This document shows, in pieces, positions 17,209 to 27,184 of a stretch of 64,000 nucleotides of DNA. Each line of letters opens with the position of its first letter. Within the stretch, counting starts at the first letter, position 1. The DNA comes from Ignavibacteriales bacterium (lineage in GTDB: Bacteria > Bacteroidota > Ignavibacteria > UBA10030 > UBA6906). A model generated the notes under the pieces. It searched no databases. It saw only the letters and a program-made list of their open reading frames with translations, and was not told where the DNA came from. Both the position numbers and the translations under genes were made by a program. The DNA is taken from positions 64,001 to 128,000 of the forward strand of contig JBBIRR010000001.1 in the NCBI GenBank assembly GCA_037441705.1. Reading direction: 5' to 3'.

Positions 17209-17907
17209 TCAGCCCTCCAACACTTCCAGGATACTGCCGAGCAGAACTTCCTGTCCGTTGATCACGAACTTCGTCCCCTCCGTCGTGAAGCGTACCGCCG
17301 AGACGGTTCCGTACATGAACAGAGAGGCGTTGATCGTGTTGTTGTTCGCGTCCTTCGCTTCGACGACAAACGTGTACTTCCCGGCCGGAGCCTCGTTATT
17401 GGGATAAATGTTCGGATCGGTTCGTCCGTCCCACGTGAACGTGTTATCGCCTTTGTTCGTCCCATTCACGTGCAGCGTCCGCACCACGCGGCCCGACTCG
17501 TCCTTGATTTTCACCGTCACCGTAGTTGCCGCCGAGGGAAGTGTGTAGCCGAGCTTGATGTCGCGCGTCCGTTCTTCCGGCGCACGCAGGTTGAACGTGT
17601 CGCTGCTCGCCCGTACTTCCTTTCCCACAAAGCCCGCAGAGAGACCGTTGTTGATTGCCTGCGTGAGCACGTAGTTTGCGTTGATGCTGTCGGTCAGCGA
17701 GCTGCTGATGTTGTTGAGCTGCTCCACCGATGCGAACTGCGCAAGCTGCGATGCAAACTCGGTCCCTTTCAGCGGGTTCATCGGGTCCTGAAACCGCAGT
17801 TGGTTCGTCAGCAGCATCAGGAAGTCATCCTTGCCGAGGAGACCGTTTCCCGTGCGTGCGTTCCTCACTTGCGGCGGACCCAATCCCGTCGCCTGAAAGA
17901 CTGGCAT
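17209..17907 (-). CDS. flgD: Hook-capping protein FlgD
   Basis: LGKDDFLMLLTNQLRFQDPMNP, EFASQLAQFASVEQL, FTWDG. Confidence 0.96.
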   Translation of the reverse strand: MPVFQATGLGPPQVRNARTGNGLLGKDDFLMLLTNQLRFQDPMNPLKGTEFASQLAQFASVEQLNNISSSLTDSINANYVLTQAINNGLSAGFVGKEVRASSDTFNLRAPEERTRDIKLGYTLPSAATTVTVKIKDESGRVVRTLHVNGTNKGDNTFTWDGRTDPNIYPNNEAPAGKYTFVVEAKDANNNTINASLFMYGTVSAVRFTTEGTKFVINGQEVLLGSILEVLEG

Positions 17908-17932
17908 TGTTCCTCCTTTTGTTGATGTTGTG

Positions 17933-19810
17933 TTAGATAATGTATTCCACCGTGTTGTAACCGAGATCCCGCATTGCTGCGTACGTCTCCGTTACATCCA
18001 CGTCCGTTTGGCGTCCCGACTGCGACTGATGCTGGAAGCGCTGCTGCTCGCGGTGCGCATTCCTCTGTTCATCCGCCACCACGTCGAACCGCCGAATCTC
18101 GATGCCCTGCGAGGCAAGCGCCTCGCGCAATTGGGGAAGTTGCGCGTCAAGCGCTGCCTTCACGGCGGGCACACTCACATCCAGGCGCGCGGCAAGCTCG
18201 CCTTCCTGCATGGTCACCTTCAGGGACAACTCTCCGAGATGGTCGGGCTTCAGTCGCACACGCACTTCCGACGTTCTGCCCGCGACATGCAGCCGCAGCT
18301 CATCGGCCACCCTCACAACGAAGTCCCGCGCAAAGCCCTCCGGCAATTCGATCGTCAGGCCTCCAGTTCTTGCCGGAACATCTTTGACACGCGCACCATC
18401 AACCTTCGTACTCGTCAATGGTTGTTGAACGTGCATCACGATCGTCTTCTCCGTTCCCTCCACAGCATGATTCGAGCTTGTAGCCTGTAGGAGTTGTTCT
18501 GCTTGTTCCTTCATCGTTGCTCGATGTATTGACCAATTCGGAACACCTTCTTCAATGGTGTTATCGGCATCGGCAGCCGTCGTATTCTCGTGCGAGCCAT
18601 CAGGCTTACGGTTCATCTCCACAACCACAGGCTCCGGCACATCTCCGGCAGATTGCGCGACGTCAGGTGTACCGTCTGTGTCAGGGAACGGGTTAACTTC
18701 CTGTCTCGTCCGCGTCGGAGGTTCATTCTGCAAAGTGAATATCCGCCCCATGGAAAAGCTCTCAGCTACGGCTTTCAGTGCCACGGTTGTTTCAGCGGGC
18801 GTGAATTCGTGAACGGGCAGGGCACCGCGTGCCGTTAACTTCATCTTACCCCAATCTGCAGGCAATGTCGAGTGTGTGCCCGCTTCAACCTTGTGTGCCT
18901 CTCGAAGCACCTCAGCCGCTTCGGGGCTGCGCTCGCCCCGATCGGCACGCCAGATATCGGCTGGACTTTTTGCCGTTGCAGATGGACGCAGGTCTGCGTG
19001 CCCACTTTGAACTTGTGCCGCTGCGTCTGCTACGTGAAGCGGTTGCGGTTCCGAGTGAGGCTGTCCATCACCACGAACGCGAACAAATTCGCTGGTGGGG
19101 ATTGCTCTATCTTCCTCGCTTAAGTTCGTTGGTATTTGCCTTTGCCTCTGATCTGCCACAGAAGAGACCTCATCATCAACACTCATCGGCGTAGGCACAG
19201 TGATAGGACTGTCTTTCTCCGTCTGCCTTGTTTGTGGAGGTACGCCGGACTTTGAGTTTTCTGATACGCTCTCCCGGCTTATAGGAATATTCTCCGCCAC
19301 ACGATCATCGAGCGAAGAAAGAGATGGCGGAGCGTCGCCGCTGTCGTGACGTGTTCGATCAACCGGCTCGACATACTGCACCGATTCTTTCGGCGCTGTT
19401 GCAGCCTCGGTCGGCTGATTGTCGAACCTCTGGCGCTCTGCCCATTGAGAAGGCAACAGCTCCGTCATCACTTGTTCACCCTGTGCCGGAACAGGAAGCG
19501 GAGGTGAAAGAAGAATCCGTGAGGATGAGTCAGTCGCTCTCGGTGATGCCTTCACGAACGTTTCCACCTTGACAGGCACGGGAAGTACATGGCCCGGCGT
19601 TGTGTTTTGTTCCTGTTCGGAAGACGCGAGAGTACCTTCAGGTTTTTGCACTGACGGATGGACGATGCCGCCGAACAACTGCAAAAGCAGAGAAAGGAAA
19701 CTCGCTCGTTTTTCGTTGGCCTCCTTGGGAGACTGCTGTTCATCACTGCCGGCCGGTTGGGACGGAATCGCCGGTTTGCCTGTGAGAAGTTGCTCGACCA
19801 AGCCAATCAT
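17933..19810 (-). CDS. fliK: Hook-length control protein FliK
   Basis: Long low-complexity P/S/T/E-rich region plus C-terminal RLKPDHLGELSLKV...LPQLREALASQG; upstream of flgD. Confidence 0.88.
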   Translation of the reverse strand: MIGLVEQLLTGKPAIPSQPAGSDEQQSPKEANEKRASFLSLLLQLFGGIVHPSVQKPEGTLASSEQEQNTTPGHVLPVPVKVETFVKASPRATDSSSRILLSPPLPVPAQGEQVMTELLPSQWAERQRFDNQPTEAATAPKESVQYVEPVDRTRHDSGDAPPSLSSLDDRVAENIPISRESVSENSKSGVPPQTRQTEKDSPITVPTPMSVDDEVSSVADQRQRQIPTNLSEEDRAIPTSEFVRVRGDGQPHSEPQPLHVADAAAQVQSGHADLRPSATAKSPADIWRADRGERSPEAAEVLREAHKVEAGTHSTLPADWGKMKLTARGALPVHEFTPAETTVALKAVAESFSMGRIFTLQNEPPTRTRQEVNPFPDTDGTPDVAQSAGDVPEPVVVEMNRKPDGSHENTTAADADNTIEEGVPNWSIHRATMKEQAEQLLQATSSNHAVEGTEKTIVMHVQQPLTSTKVDGARVKDVPARTGGLTIELPEGFARDFVVRVADELRLHVAGRTSEVRVRLKPDHLGELSLKVTMQEGELAARLDVSVPAVKAALDAQLPQLREALASQGIEIRRFDVVADEQRNAHREQQRFQHQSQSGRQTDVDVTETYAAMRDLGYNTVEYII

Positions 19811-20400
19811 AGTTCACCTTTCACCTTGAGTATGCGTGCGGCCTGTTGTGGATCGAGGGCGGCAAGGATTTTGGCGCTCTGCCTTTTTTTCATCGCGGTC
19901 AGAACCTGTTTCACCGCCCGATCGTCCATGTTATTGAGAATCCGCGCTGCACTTGCGGGATCCATTGCCTCGAATATCTGTGCCATTGCTTTCGCCTCCG
20001 CCTCGGAGAGCGAGTCCGCGATTGGAGATGCGCGTTTGCCGAACCGTTCCTGGAGTTGCGCAACTGTTTGCACCAATGCCTTGATCGAATCCTGTGCCGC
20101 CGCCTGCGAGCGTTCGTTCTGCGCGGGCAGAGATTGGAGTTTCTGCGGCGTTGTCGTGCTCGTGTCTGCCTTCCGTGGTTCGCTCTGCAATGCCTGAAGA
20201 CCGTGCTCGTGCGGTGTGTGAGTCGAATCCATCAGCACCCCGGCGGAGTCGGCTGGTAGCACAGCAGAGCCGGGCAAGACGTCTGCGGGAACGATGCCCG
20301 GCATGAGCAAAAACACCTGAGGCCACACAAAAGCGAGGAGGGTCATGATAGCCGTCAGCGAAACAAATGATGAAATGAGCATGGCGACGAGCGATTTCAT
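19807..20400 (-). CDS. MotE/YlxF-like flagellar protein (MgtE N-terminal-like helical repeat)
   Basis: N-terminal TM helix, then IFEAMDPASAARILNNM...LTAMKKRQSAKILAALDPQQAA; lies between fliJ and fliK. Confidence 0.75.
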   Translation of the reverse strand: MKSLVAMLISSFVSLTAIMTLLAFVWPQVFLLMPGIVPADVLPGSAVLPADSAGVLMDSTHTPHEHGLQALQSEPRKADTSTTTPQKLQSLPAQNERSQAAAQDSIKALVQTVAQLQERFGKRASPIADSLSEAEAKAMAQIFEAMDPASAARILNNMDDRAVKQVLTAMKKRQSAKILAALDPQQAARILKVKGEL

Positions 20401-20843
20401 GGTCTTCCTTCCTTCGTTTTCGTCGTTCGTTGTGCCAGTTCATCCATGATGTACTGCTCCTTGCGATCAAGCTCGCGCAGCGTTTCTTCCTTCCTTTTTT
20501 CTTCGAGTTTCTCCACCATCTGGCGTGCCTGTGCACGCTTGGTGAGTTCCTCGCGCGTTGCGTCTTCACGCTCTTTCATTTCATTCACTTTCGTTTCCTG
20601 GCGATGGATCTGGCGTGTCAGGTGAAAGATGAACGCACGATGAGTCTGCAGGTCGGTGGCTTTTGCCCGGCCTGTACTGTAGGATTCTTGTACCGCCTCT
20701 TCGCGCGCTTCCTGAAGGCGATCGAGCAATTCCTTTTCTTGCTGATGCGATTGTTCGATCTGGCGAAGCTGCTGCTGCGTGAGCTTTTCCTGATGCTTCT
20801 TCACACGCAGCACGGTTGAGAAACGTGATTTCGGTTTTGTCAT
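20397..20843 (-). CDS. fliJ: Flagellar export protein FliJ
   Basis: 148-aa coiled coil with FSTVLRVK and EQYIMDELA; follows fliI. Confidence 0.88.
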   Translation of the reverse strand: MTKPKSRFSTVLRVKKHQEKLTQQQLRQIEQSHQQEKELLDRLQEAREEAVQESYSTGRAKATDLQTHRAFIFHLTRQIHRQETKVNEMKEREDATREELTKRAQARQMVEKLEEKRKEETLRELDRKEQYIMDELAQRTTKTKEGRP

Positions 20844-20855
20844 GATCGAATCGTG

Positions 20856-22202
20856 TTACGCTTTCATCATGTCAATCAACAGGGCAACACTCGTTTCAAA
20901 CTCTTCATGCTCATCCGCTTGCTGGCGGAGAAATGCGCGAATGATTTCACGCATCTTCAGTGCCTCATCGATCTTGGGATTGCTGCCGCGGACGTACGCG
21001 CCGATGTTGATCAGGTCTTCTGCTTCACGATACGTTGCAAGAAGGTCCAACAGGCGTGCTGCCGCCGCGCGGTGTTCGGGAGTCGTAACCGCCGGCATCA
21101 CGCGGCTGACGCTTTCAAGCACGTCCACCGCCGGGTAGTGGCCTGCCGATGCAAGGCTCCGCGAGAGCACGATATGGCCATCAAGAATCGAGCGTGCCGT
21201 ATCGGCAACAGGTTCGTTCATGTCGTCGCCCTCCACGAGCACGGTGTACAACCCGGTAATGCTGCCCTTCTTGCTGTTTCCTGCGCGCTCTAACAATCTT
21301 GGCAGCATGGCAAACACGGACGGCGTGTAGCCCTTCGTCGTCGGCGGTTCGCCGATGGCAAGTCCCACCTCGCGCTGTGCCATCGCCAGTCGTGTGAGAG
21401 AATCCATCATCAGAATCACATTCAGTCCCTGATCACGGAAGTATTCCGCAATCGTGGTGGCCAGGAACGCTGCCTTGATCCGAATGAGCGCGGCCTGGTC
21501 GCTTGTGGCCACAACCACGACGGAGCGTCGCAAGCCTTCTTCACCCAACTCCTTATCGAGAAACTCGCCGACCTCGCGCCCTCGTTCGCCGACAAGACAG
21601 ATGACGTTCACATCCGAGCTTGCGTAGCGCGCAATCATCCCGAGCAATACGCTTTTGCCGACCCCGCTGCCTGCGAAGATGCCGACGCGCTGGCCAACGC
21701 CGCACGTCTTGAGCGTGTCGATGGAGCGAATGCCCGTCGCAATGGGCTTGCTGATGCGTTTGCGCTCCAAGGGATTCGGCGGAGCCGCATCGATGGATCT
21801 CTTCTCAAACGCTTCGATAGGCCCTTTTCCGTCGAGCGGGCGCCCGAGGCCATCCAGCACGCGACCAAGCAGCGCATTGCCGACGCGTACCGACAGGGCA
21901 TGCCCTGTTGCAACAATCTCGCTGCCGGGGCTGACGCGGCCGGCGTCGCCCAGCACCATCGAGAGCACCCTGTTCCCGCGGAAGCCCACCACTTCCGCGG
22001 TGCACAGGTCTTCCCCGTTGCGCGCCTTCACCTTACACACTTCCCCTAAGAAACAATTTGGCCCGGTGGATTCGATCACCAATCCGATCACCTGCGACAC
22101 CCGGCCGTTCACCTTCAGGAGATCGGCATGATGAAGCCGCGCGTAATAGGCCGCAAACGGATGCTCGGCCTCCGGGGCCGCTGTCGGTTCGGCATTCATC
22201 AC
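20856..22202 (-). CDS. fliI: Flagellar export ATPase FliI
   Basis: GIFAGSGVGKS, LVGERGREV, DSLTRLAMAQRE, GEPPTTKGY, DGHIVLSR. Confidence 0.97.
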   Translation of the reverse strand: MMNAEPTAAPEAEHPFAAYYARLHHADLLKVNGRVSQVIGLVIESTGPNCFLGEVCKVKARNGEDLCTAEVVGFRGNRVLSMVLGDAGRVSPGSEIVATGHALSVRVGNALLGRVLDGLGRPLDGKGPIEAFEKRSIDAAPPNPLERKRISKPIATGIRSIDTLKTCGVGQRVGIFAGSGVGKSVLLGMIARYASSDVNVICLVGERGREVGEFLDKELGEEGLRRSVVVVATSDQAALIRIKAAFLATTIAEYFRDQGLNVILMMDSLTRLAMAQREVGLAIGEPPTTKGYTPSVFAMLPRLLERAGNSKKGSITGLYTVLVEGDDMNEPVADTARSILDGHIVLSRSLASAGHYPAVDVLESVSRVMPAVTTPEHRAAAARLLDLLATYREAEDLINIGAYVRGSNPKIDEALKMREIIRAFLRQQADEHEEFETSVALLIDMMKA

Positions 22203-22927
22203 CGTGTTTCCTGATCGTTGAACAGCGCAGCTTCGATCCGCTCGAGCTGCGTCGTGATGCTTGCATCCACATTGCCTGCGTCGCTTTCCAACACGCAGCT
22301 GCCGCGTTCGATCTTTTCGTCTGCTTCCAGGGTCAGCTCACGGACGGCATCGGCGCTCGTGAGGAGTTCCGCACGATGCGCCCGGACGAACTCTTCATCC
22401 TGCGGGTTGATGCGAATCCGAATCCGATCCACACCCACAACGCGCTTCATCGCTTCGTGAATTTGCCGCAGCACAACCTCATGGTCGAGAGCGATCGTCC
22501 GCTTCACAATACGTTCGGCAACGGCAACCGCCAGTCGCACGACATGACGTTCGGCGGCCGCCTGAAATTCCTTATACTGTCGCGCGATGCTTTCCAGAAG
22601 CGCATCTGCTGCGGCCTGCATCTCCGCATGCTTCTTCTGATACTCGTCGCGGATGGTTCGCTCGGCATGACGTCGCCCTTCATCGAACCCGGCTTTGAAC
22701 TCCTCACGCAGTCGCTCTTCCACATCATGGCGCGGCGCGGCCTCCTGCGATCGCTCCTCGTGCCGCCTGGCCAGCGCTTCCTCCGATGCCTCATGGTCTT
22801 CGAAGACCGGGAGGGGCATCGTTCGCCGCGTCGCGCTTCGGGGCTGGAGAATGCGGACGTTTCCCACGGGCGTATGTATTTTTACCGTTCTAGACAACAA
22901 GTTCCTCCGTTCCGCCGGGACCGACAA
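22199..22927 (-). CDS. fliH: Flagellar assembly protein FliH
   Basis: AGFDEG repeat region, IRINPQD, GSCVLES, VDASITTQL; lies between fliG and fliI. Confidence 0.9.
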   Translation of the reverse strand: MSVPAERRNLLSRTVKIHTPVGNVRILQPRSATRRTMPLPVFEDHEASEEALARRHEERSQEAAPRHDVEERLREEFKAGFDEGRRHAERTIRDEYQKKHAEMQAAADALLESIARQYKEFQAAAERHVVRLAVAVAERIVKRTIALDHEVVLRQIHEAMKRVVGVDRIRIRINPQDEEFVRAHRAELLTSADAVRELTLEADEKIERGSCVLESDAGNVDASITTQLERIEAALFNDQETR

Positions 22928-23963
22928 TGATAATCTCTCCTGCCTCCTCTAACTGCTTCACGATCGCAACAATGCGTGCCTGAGCGGCCTCCACTTCCTT
23001 CAGACGTACCGGGCCCATGTATTCCAACTCCTCTTTGAGAAGGTCGCGTGCACGCTCCGACATGTTCGCCAGAATCTTCGCTTTGAGCTTCTCATCAACC
23101 ACTTTCAGTGCAAGCGCCAGGTCTTTCTTATCCACCTCACGCAGCATCCGCTGGATGCCGCGATCATCAACGTACACGATGTCATCGAACATGAACATGA
23201 GGTTCTTGATTTCCTGCGCGAGCTGCGGCTCTCGTTTTTCCAGATGCTCCATAATCTCCTTTGCCGCATCGCCGCCGACGCGGTTAAGGATGGTGGCAAC
23301 GGACTTCGGCCCGCCGGTTTCGCTCATCCCTAACGCCATCTCCGATTGGGCAACGGTTTCTAACGCCTCCTCCATCTCTGCGATCAATGCCGGTGAAACT
23401 TTGCCGAGCGTGGCCATCCTGTAGATGACATCGTTGCGGAGTTCCGGCGAAAACTCCGAAAGAATCTCCGCCACCTGTTCCGTCCGCAAGTTCGAGAGGA
23501 TCAAGGCGATTGTTTGAGGATGCTCCTTCTGTACGAAACTGGCAATCTGATACGCATCAACTTTTTTCAGGTTGTTGAAGCCGCGGACGTTCGTCACGCC
23601 GCGTACGCGTTCGAGGATGATCGCGGCACGTTCCGGACCGAGCGATTTTTCTAACAGCGCCTGCGCCTGTTCCGTACCGCCCTCAATCAGAAACTCCTGC
23701 GCCGTAATCAGCTGCTGAAACTCTTCGATGACTTTCTCGGTCACGGCAGCAGGAACGCTTTTCAGCCGCGTGATTTCCACGGTGAGATCTTCGATTTCCT
23801 GCTGGGAGAGCGCGCGCATCAACGCGGTTGCTGTGGGAAGATCCAGCGACAGCACCAACAACGCCGCCTTCTGCTTGTTGGTAAGATTGGCCGATGTGTT
23901 TCCTGTGACCATGTGATGTTCGTTCGCTTTCGTCATGCTCGCACCGAGACCCCGATCAGACAT
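22890..23963 (-). CDS. fliG: Motor switch protein FliG (start uncertain)
   Basis: KAALLVLSL, EHPQTIALIL, MFMFDD, NMSERA, GPVRLKEVEAAQ. Confidence 0.96.
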   Translation of the reverse strand: MSDRGLGASMTKANEHHMVTGNTSANLTNKQKAALLVLSLDLPTATALMRALSQQEIEDLTVEITRLKSVPAAVTEKVIEEFQQLITAQEFLIEGGTEQAQALLEKSLGPERAAIILERVRGVTNVRGFNNLKKVDAYQIASFVQKEHPQTIALILSNLRTEQVAEILSEFSPELRNDVIYRMATLGKVSPALIAEMEEALETVAQSEMALGMSETGGPKSVATILNRVGGDAAKEIMEHLEKREPQLAQEIKNLMFMFDDIVYVDDRGIQRMLREVDKKDLALALKVVDEKLKAKILANMSERARDLLKEELEYMGPVRLKEVEAAQARIVAIVKQLEEAGEIIIVGPGGTEELVV

Positions 23964-25518
23964 CGGCAAGCCACACCTTCAGCAAACGACCGGCATCCTT
24001 CGGTCGCTGCTCAATGTATGTTGTGACCGCCCTGGTCTTCGCCTCACGCGTGCGTGCTTCATCCGACATCATGTCCGAAGGTGTGGACAACACCTTTCGT
24101 TCCTGTTGAGGGCCGAGCGCACCAACCACGGTGCTTATCTCTCTCCCCAAGCGCTCCTCGACCACGAGGGGACCCCTGAACCTGCTTAACAAGCGCCAGA
24201 GCACAAACGCGGCGCCGCCCATTGCAACGAGGAGGAAAATCTTGCCGTAGATTTTATTTTCAAAAATCTCCTGCCATGAGGTCCCCGGCTGGTCTTTGTA
24301 CAGGAAGCCTTCCGGCTCGAGATTCGTGCCGAACGGGAGGTTGACCACGGAGACCTCGTCGTTGCGTGTGGAATCGTATCCAACAGCCCGCTTCACAATC
24401 TCCCGAAGCTGTTCCATTTCTTCGGGCTTCCGGGACTGGTACTCGGTCACCGTTTGGCCATCGCGCTCCTGAGAAACCGGAATGCTGTTGACCACCGCGG
24501 CGACAGAAAGTCGCTTGATGCCTCCGACGTTCTCGATGATGTGCTCGAGGGTCTTGTTGATCTCATAATTCGTAACGGTGTTGCTCCGCGTTGACGGCTG
24601 GCTGGAGTCCTTCGTGACGTTCTTCTCTTCGGTGATTTGCTCGCTCCGCACAACCGTTCTGTCCGGATCGTACTGTTCCAGCGTACGCTCAACCTGTCGA
24701 AAATCTAGCTCGGCAGTTACCTGCACGCGGGCGTTGCCGATACCCACAACACCTTCCAGCATGCTCTGCGCTTTTTGTATCAGGTAGGACTCGACCTTTT
24801 GCTGTAGCTCGTATTGTGCGCCCGTCTTTGCGGTGAGGGAATGCGATTTTTCGCTGTCGGAAAGAAGCGTGCCCCGTGAGTCAATAACGGTCACGTTGCC
24901 CGGCTCCAATCCCTCCACGCTGCTGGCTACCAGATGAATGATGCCCTGAAGCGACTCCTGTCGGAGAGGTTTGCCGGATTTGAGTTTCAAAACGACTGAA
25001 GCGGTCGTCGGCTTTGCATCCTCTCGAAACAATGTTTTTTCCGGCACCACAATGTGAACGCGAGCAGCCTCCACTTCGTCAATGCCCAGGATCGTTCGGG
25101 CAAGCTCTCCCTCCATCGCCCGGCGATAGTTCACCTTCTGCACAAAGTCCGACATGCCGAGATTCGTGCGGTCGAAGATCTCATATCCGATGATGCTGGA
25201 TTGAGGCAGACCTTCGCCGGCGAGCGCGAGCCGTACGTCGTAGATTTTTTCCTTCGGAATCAAGATTGTTTTGCCCGCGTCTTCAAGCTGGTAGGGCAGC
25301 TTCCTTTCCTGGAGCTTCTCGACGATTTTGGCAGCATCCTGCGGCGCGAGATTGCTGAAAAGGATGCCGTAGGTCGGCTTGTTGGCGATGGTTACCAACA
25401 CAACGATCGCCGCCACTGCGCCAAGCGCCACCGCGCCGAGCGCTACACGCTGACCGAAAGAAAGGCGCCGAAGAAGATCGATGAATTGCGTGCGAACCTG
25501 CTTCTGGAATTCCGCCAT
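23956..25518 (-). CDS. fliF: MS-ring protein FliF
   Basis: GYEIFD, RAMEGELARTI, ARVHIV, ASSVEGL, IKRLSVA; two TM helices. Confidence 0.96.
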   Translation of the reverse strand: MAEFQKQVRTQFIDLLRRLSFGQRVALGAVALGAVAAIVVLVTIANKPTYGILFSNLAPQDAAKIVEKLQERKLPYQLEDAGKTILIPKEKIYDVRLALAGEGLPQSSIIGYEIFDRTNLGMSDFVQKVNYRRAMEGELARTILGIDEVEAARVHIVVPEKTLFREDAKPTTASVVLKLKSGKPLRQESLQGIIHLVASSVEGLEPGNVTVIDSRGTLLSDSEKSHSLTAKTGAQYELQQKVESYLIQKAQSMLEGVVGIGNARVQVTAELDFRQVERTLEQYDPDRTVVRSEQITEEKNVTKDSSQPSTRSNTVTNYEINKTLEHIIENVGGIKRLSVAAVVNSIPVSQERDGQTVTEYQSRKPEEMEQLREIVKRAVGYDSTRNDEVSVVNLPFGTNLEPEGFLYKDQPGTSWQEIFENKIYGKIFLLVAMGGAAFVLWRLLSRFRGPLVVEERLGREISTVVGALGPQQERKVLSTPSDMMSDEARTREAKTRAVTTYIEQRPKDAGRLLKVWLADV

Positions 25519-25519
25519 G

Positions 25520-25816
25520 TCACACCTGCATCCTCATGATCTCCTTGTAGGCATCGATGGTTTTGTTGCGGATTTCCATGAGCAATTCGAAACTGGTCTT
25601 TGCCTTTTCGACCGCAATCATCACCTCGTGCATGTCGGTGGCTTCGCCGCTCACCATTCGCTCGATGGCCTTGCCCGCTTCGCCCTGAAGCGCGTTCACG
25701 TCCCGTACGGCCTGGCTGAGCGTTTCACTGAACGAGGTGTTCGTTTCCTTCAAAAATTTGTCGATCGCCCGACGGTTTGATCCCGAAAGCTCGGGCATGA
25801 GATGAAGTTCTTGCAT
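25520..25816 (-). CDS. fliE: Hook-basal body protein FliE
   Basis: HEVMIAVEKA...IRNKTIDAYKEIMRMQV. Confidence 0.95.
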   Translation of the reverse strand: MQELHLMPELSGSNRRAIDKFLKETNTSFSETLSQAVRDVNALQGEAGKAIERMVSGEATDMHEVMIAVEKAKTSFELLMEIRNKTIDAYKEIMRMQV

Positions 25817-25820
25817 CGCG

Positions 25821-26093
25821 TTATCCTTTCCGATCCAGAATCGATCCCACCTTCACTGCTTCCCGCTGCCCGTCCCGTTGGTACGGCGTGTACGAGCGCA
25901 GCGCCTCCGCCGATGCCGGATAGAGTTGCACGAAAAACTCCTTCTCCGACGACGTGAGCACTGCTTGTTGTTCGTCGGTGGGTTTCGTTGTGCTTTGGGT
26001 AAGATGGTCAGCAAAGGGCCTCTCCGCCGCCGGCGCAGCCGATCGCTGCGGCACTTGCGGGGGAGGAGGAGTATGTATGCGATTCACAGTCAT
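25821..26093 (-). CDS. Hypothetical 90-aa protein between flgC and fliE
   Basis: Fills the flgC-fliE gap with 2-4 nt spacing. Pro-rich N-terminus, then LTSSEKEFFVQLYP...GSILDRKG. Confidence 0.65.
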   Translation of the reverse strand: MTVNRIHTPPPPQVPQRSAAPAAERPFADHLTQSTTKPTDEQQAVLTSSEKEFFVQLYPASAEALRSYTPYQRDGQREAVKVGSILDRKG

Positions 26094-26095
26094 TG

Positions 26096-26596
26096 TCAGA
26101 TCTCCAGAGTATCCTTGGCCATAGCTTTTTGCGCGTTCAGTACCGTGATGTTCGCTTCGTACGCGCGCGAAGCGGACATCATATCCACCATCTCGGTTAC
26201 AATGTTCACATTGGGCAGCTTCACATAGCCGTTCTCGTCCGCATCAGGATGAGTGGGATCGTGAACAAGCTTGAAATCGGATGGGTCTTCCGTCTCCTGT
26301 GCTTCGACACTTCCCGGCAGTGTTTGCACGTCGCGAAAGGTCGCCTCAGCGCCCGCAAAATGCCCCGGCTGCGTGGCGTCCATACGAATGCCGGATGAAT
26401 GAGCGATGGCTGTCTCGAACGTTTGCGCCTCACCCGACTGCATGCTGACTACCTTGCGCCGGTACGGCGTTCCGTCTTCTGTGCGCGTGGTTTCGGCGTT
26501 GGCAATGTTGTTGGCAATCGCATTCATCCGCTTGCGCTGGGCGCTCATTCCCAACGCGCTGATGGTCAGCCCTGCAAACAGCTTCTCGATCCTCAT
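26096..26596 (-). CDS. flgC: Proximal rod protein FlgC
   Basis: ANNIANAETTRT, PYRRK, DPTHPDA, PNVNIVTEMVDMMSASRAYEAN. Confidence 0.97.
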   Translation of the reverse strand: MRIEKLFAGLTISALGMSAQRKRMNAIANNIANAETTRTEDGTPYRRKVVSMQSGEAQTFETAIAHSSGIRMDATQPGHFAGAEATFRDVQTLPGSVEAQETEDPSDFKLVHDPTHPDADENGYVKLPNVNIVTEMVDMMSASRAYEANITVLNAQKAMAKDTLEI

Positions 26597-27021
26597 AGCG
26601 TCCCTCGTATCGCCTTTTGAAGTCCTTTGAACGTATCCCCTAACATGCGCGAGCTAAACTTGAATTGGATTTGATTTTTCACAAGCTCTGCCATCTCATG
26701 GTCAATGTCCACGTCGTTGAACCCGCTCGCCGTTTCGTTGTACCCCGGAGGCGGATCGTCGGCCGTGGGATGGACTGCTGGCTGTGTGCTGTCGAGAGTG
26801 CTTGAGCCGCCCAGCGGAAGATGGTGAGCATTCGTTTGCGCCACTTTCACCTGCAATCCTTGTTGTGCCTGAGTCAGTTGCTCTTCAAACGAGACGCGCT
26901 GGCTTTTGTAGCCCGGGGTCGTAACGTTCGCGATGTTGGCGGCTGTAACCTTCTGTCGGAGCGCGTACGCATCGAGCGCCTTGCTCAAGAGAGGGATTTT
27001 CGTTGCGTCAAACAGCCTCAT
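26593..27021 (-). CDS. flgB: Proximal rod protein FlgB
   Basis: LDAYALRQKVTAANIANVTTPGYK, NDVDIDHEMA. Start at ATG 27021 (GGAAGGA RBS, downstream of the sigma54 promoter). Confidence 0.95.
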   Translation of the reverse strand: MRLFDATKIPLLSKALDAYALRQKVTAANIANVTTPGYKSQRVSFEEQLTQAQQGLQVKVAQTNAHHLPLGGSSTLDSTQPAVHPTADDPPPGYNETASGFNDVDIDHEMAELVKNQIQFKFSSRMLGDTFKGLQKAIRGTL

Positions 27022-27064
27022 GTCTTTGATCCTTCCCGAATGTCCATTCTGCGCGTGTTGACGG

Positions 27065-27080
27065 TGCAACCGAAGTGCCA
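27065..27080 (-). promoter_or_regulatory. Sigma54 (-24/-12) promoter of the flgB operon
   Basis: Minus strand TGGCAC-TTCGG-TTGCA, a full consensus match, 43 nt upstream of the flgB ATG. Confidence 0.88.
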
Positions 27081-27156
27081 ACCGAGCATGCACATGGTTG
27101 ATCACCCAAATCACGAAGGAACACGCCGTTGGCAGGAAGGGCACACGTGCCCATGT

Positions 27157-27172
27157 TGGCTACTATCGGACA
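27157..27172. promoter_or_regulatory. Putative enhancer (UAS) motif copy, TGGCTACTATCGGACA
   Basis: Shared with the 15356 and 31590 copies; about 77 bp upstream of -24. Adjacent palindrome GGGCAC-AC-GTGCCC at 27139-27152. Confidence 0.5.
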
Positions 27173-27184
27173 GGTGGCGGAAGT

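Noticed and set aside
17933-19810. Low-complexity region as a pseudogene or foreign insert
   Set aside because: It is an uninterrupted ORF with a FliK C-terminal domain, and a disordered ruler region is normal for FliK.
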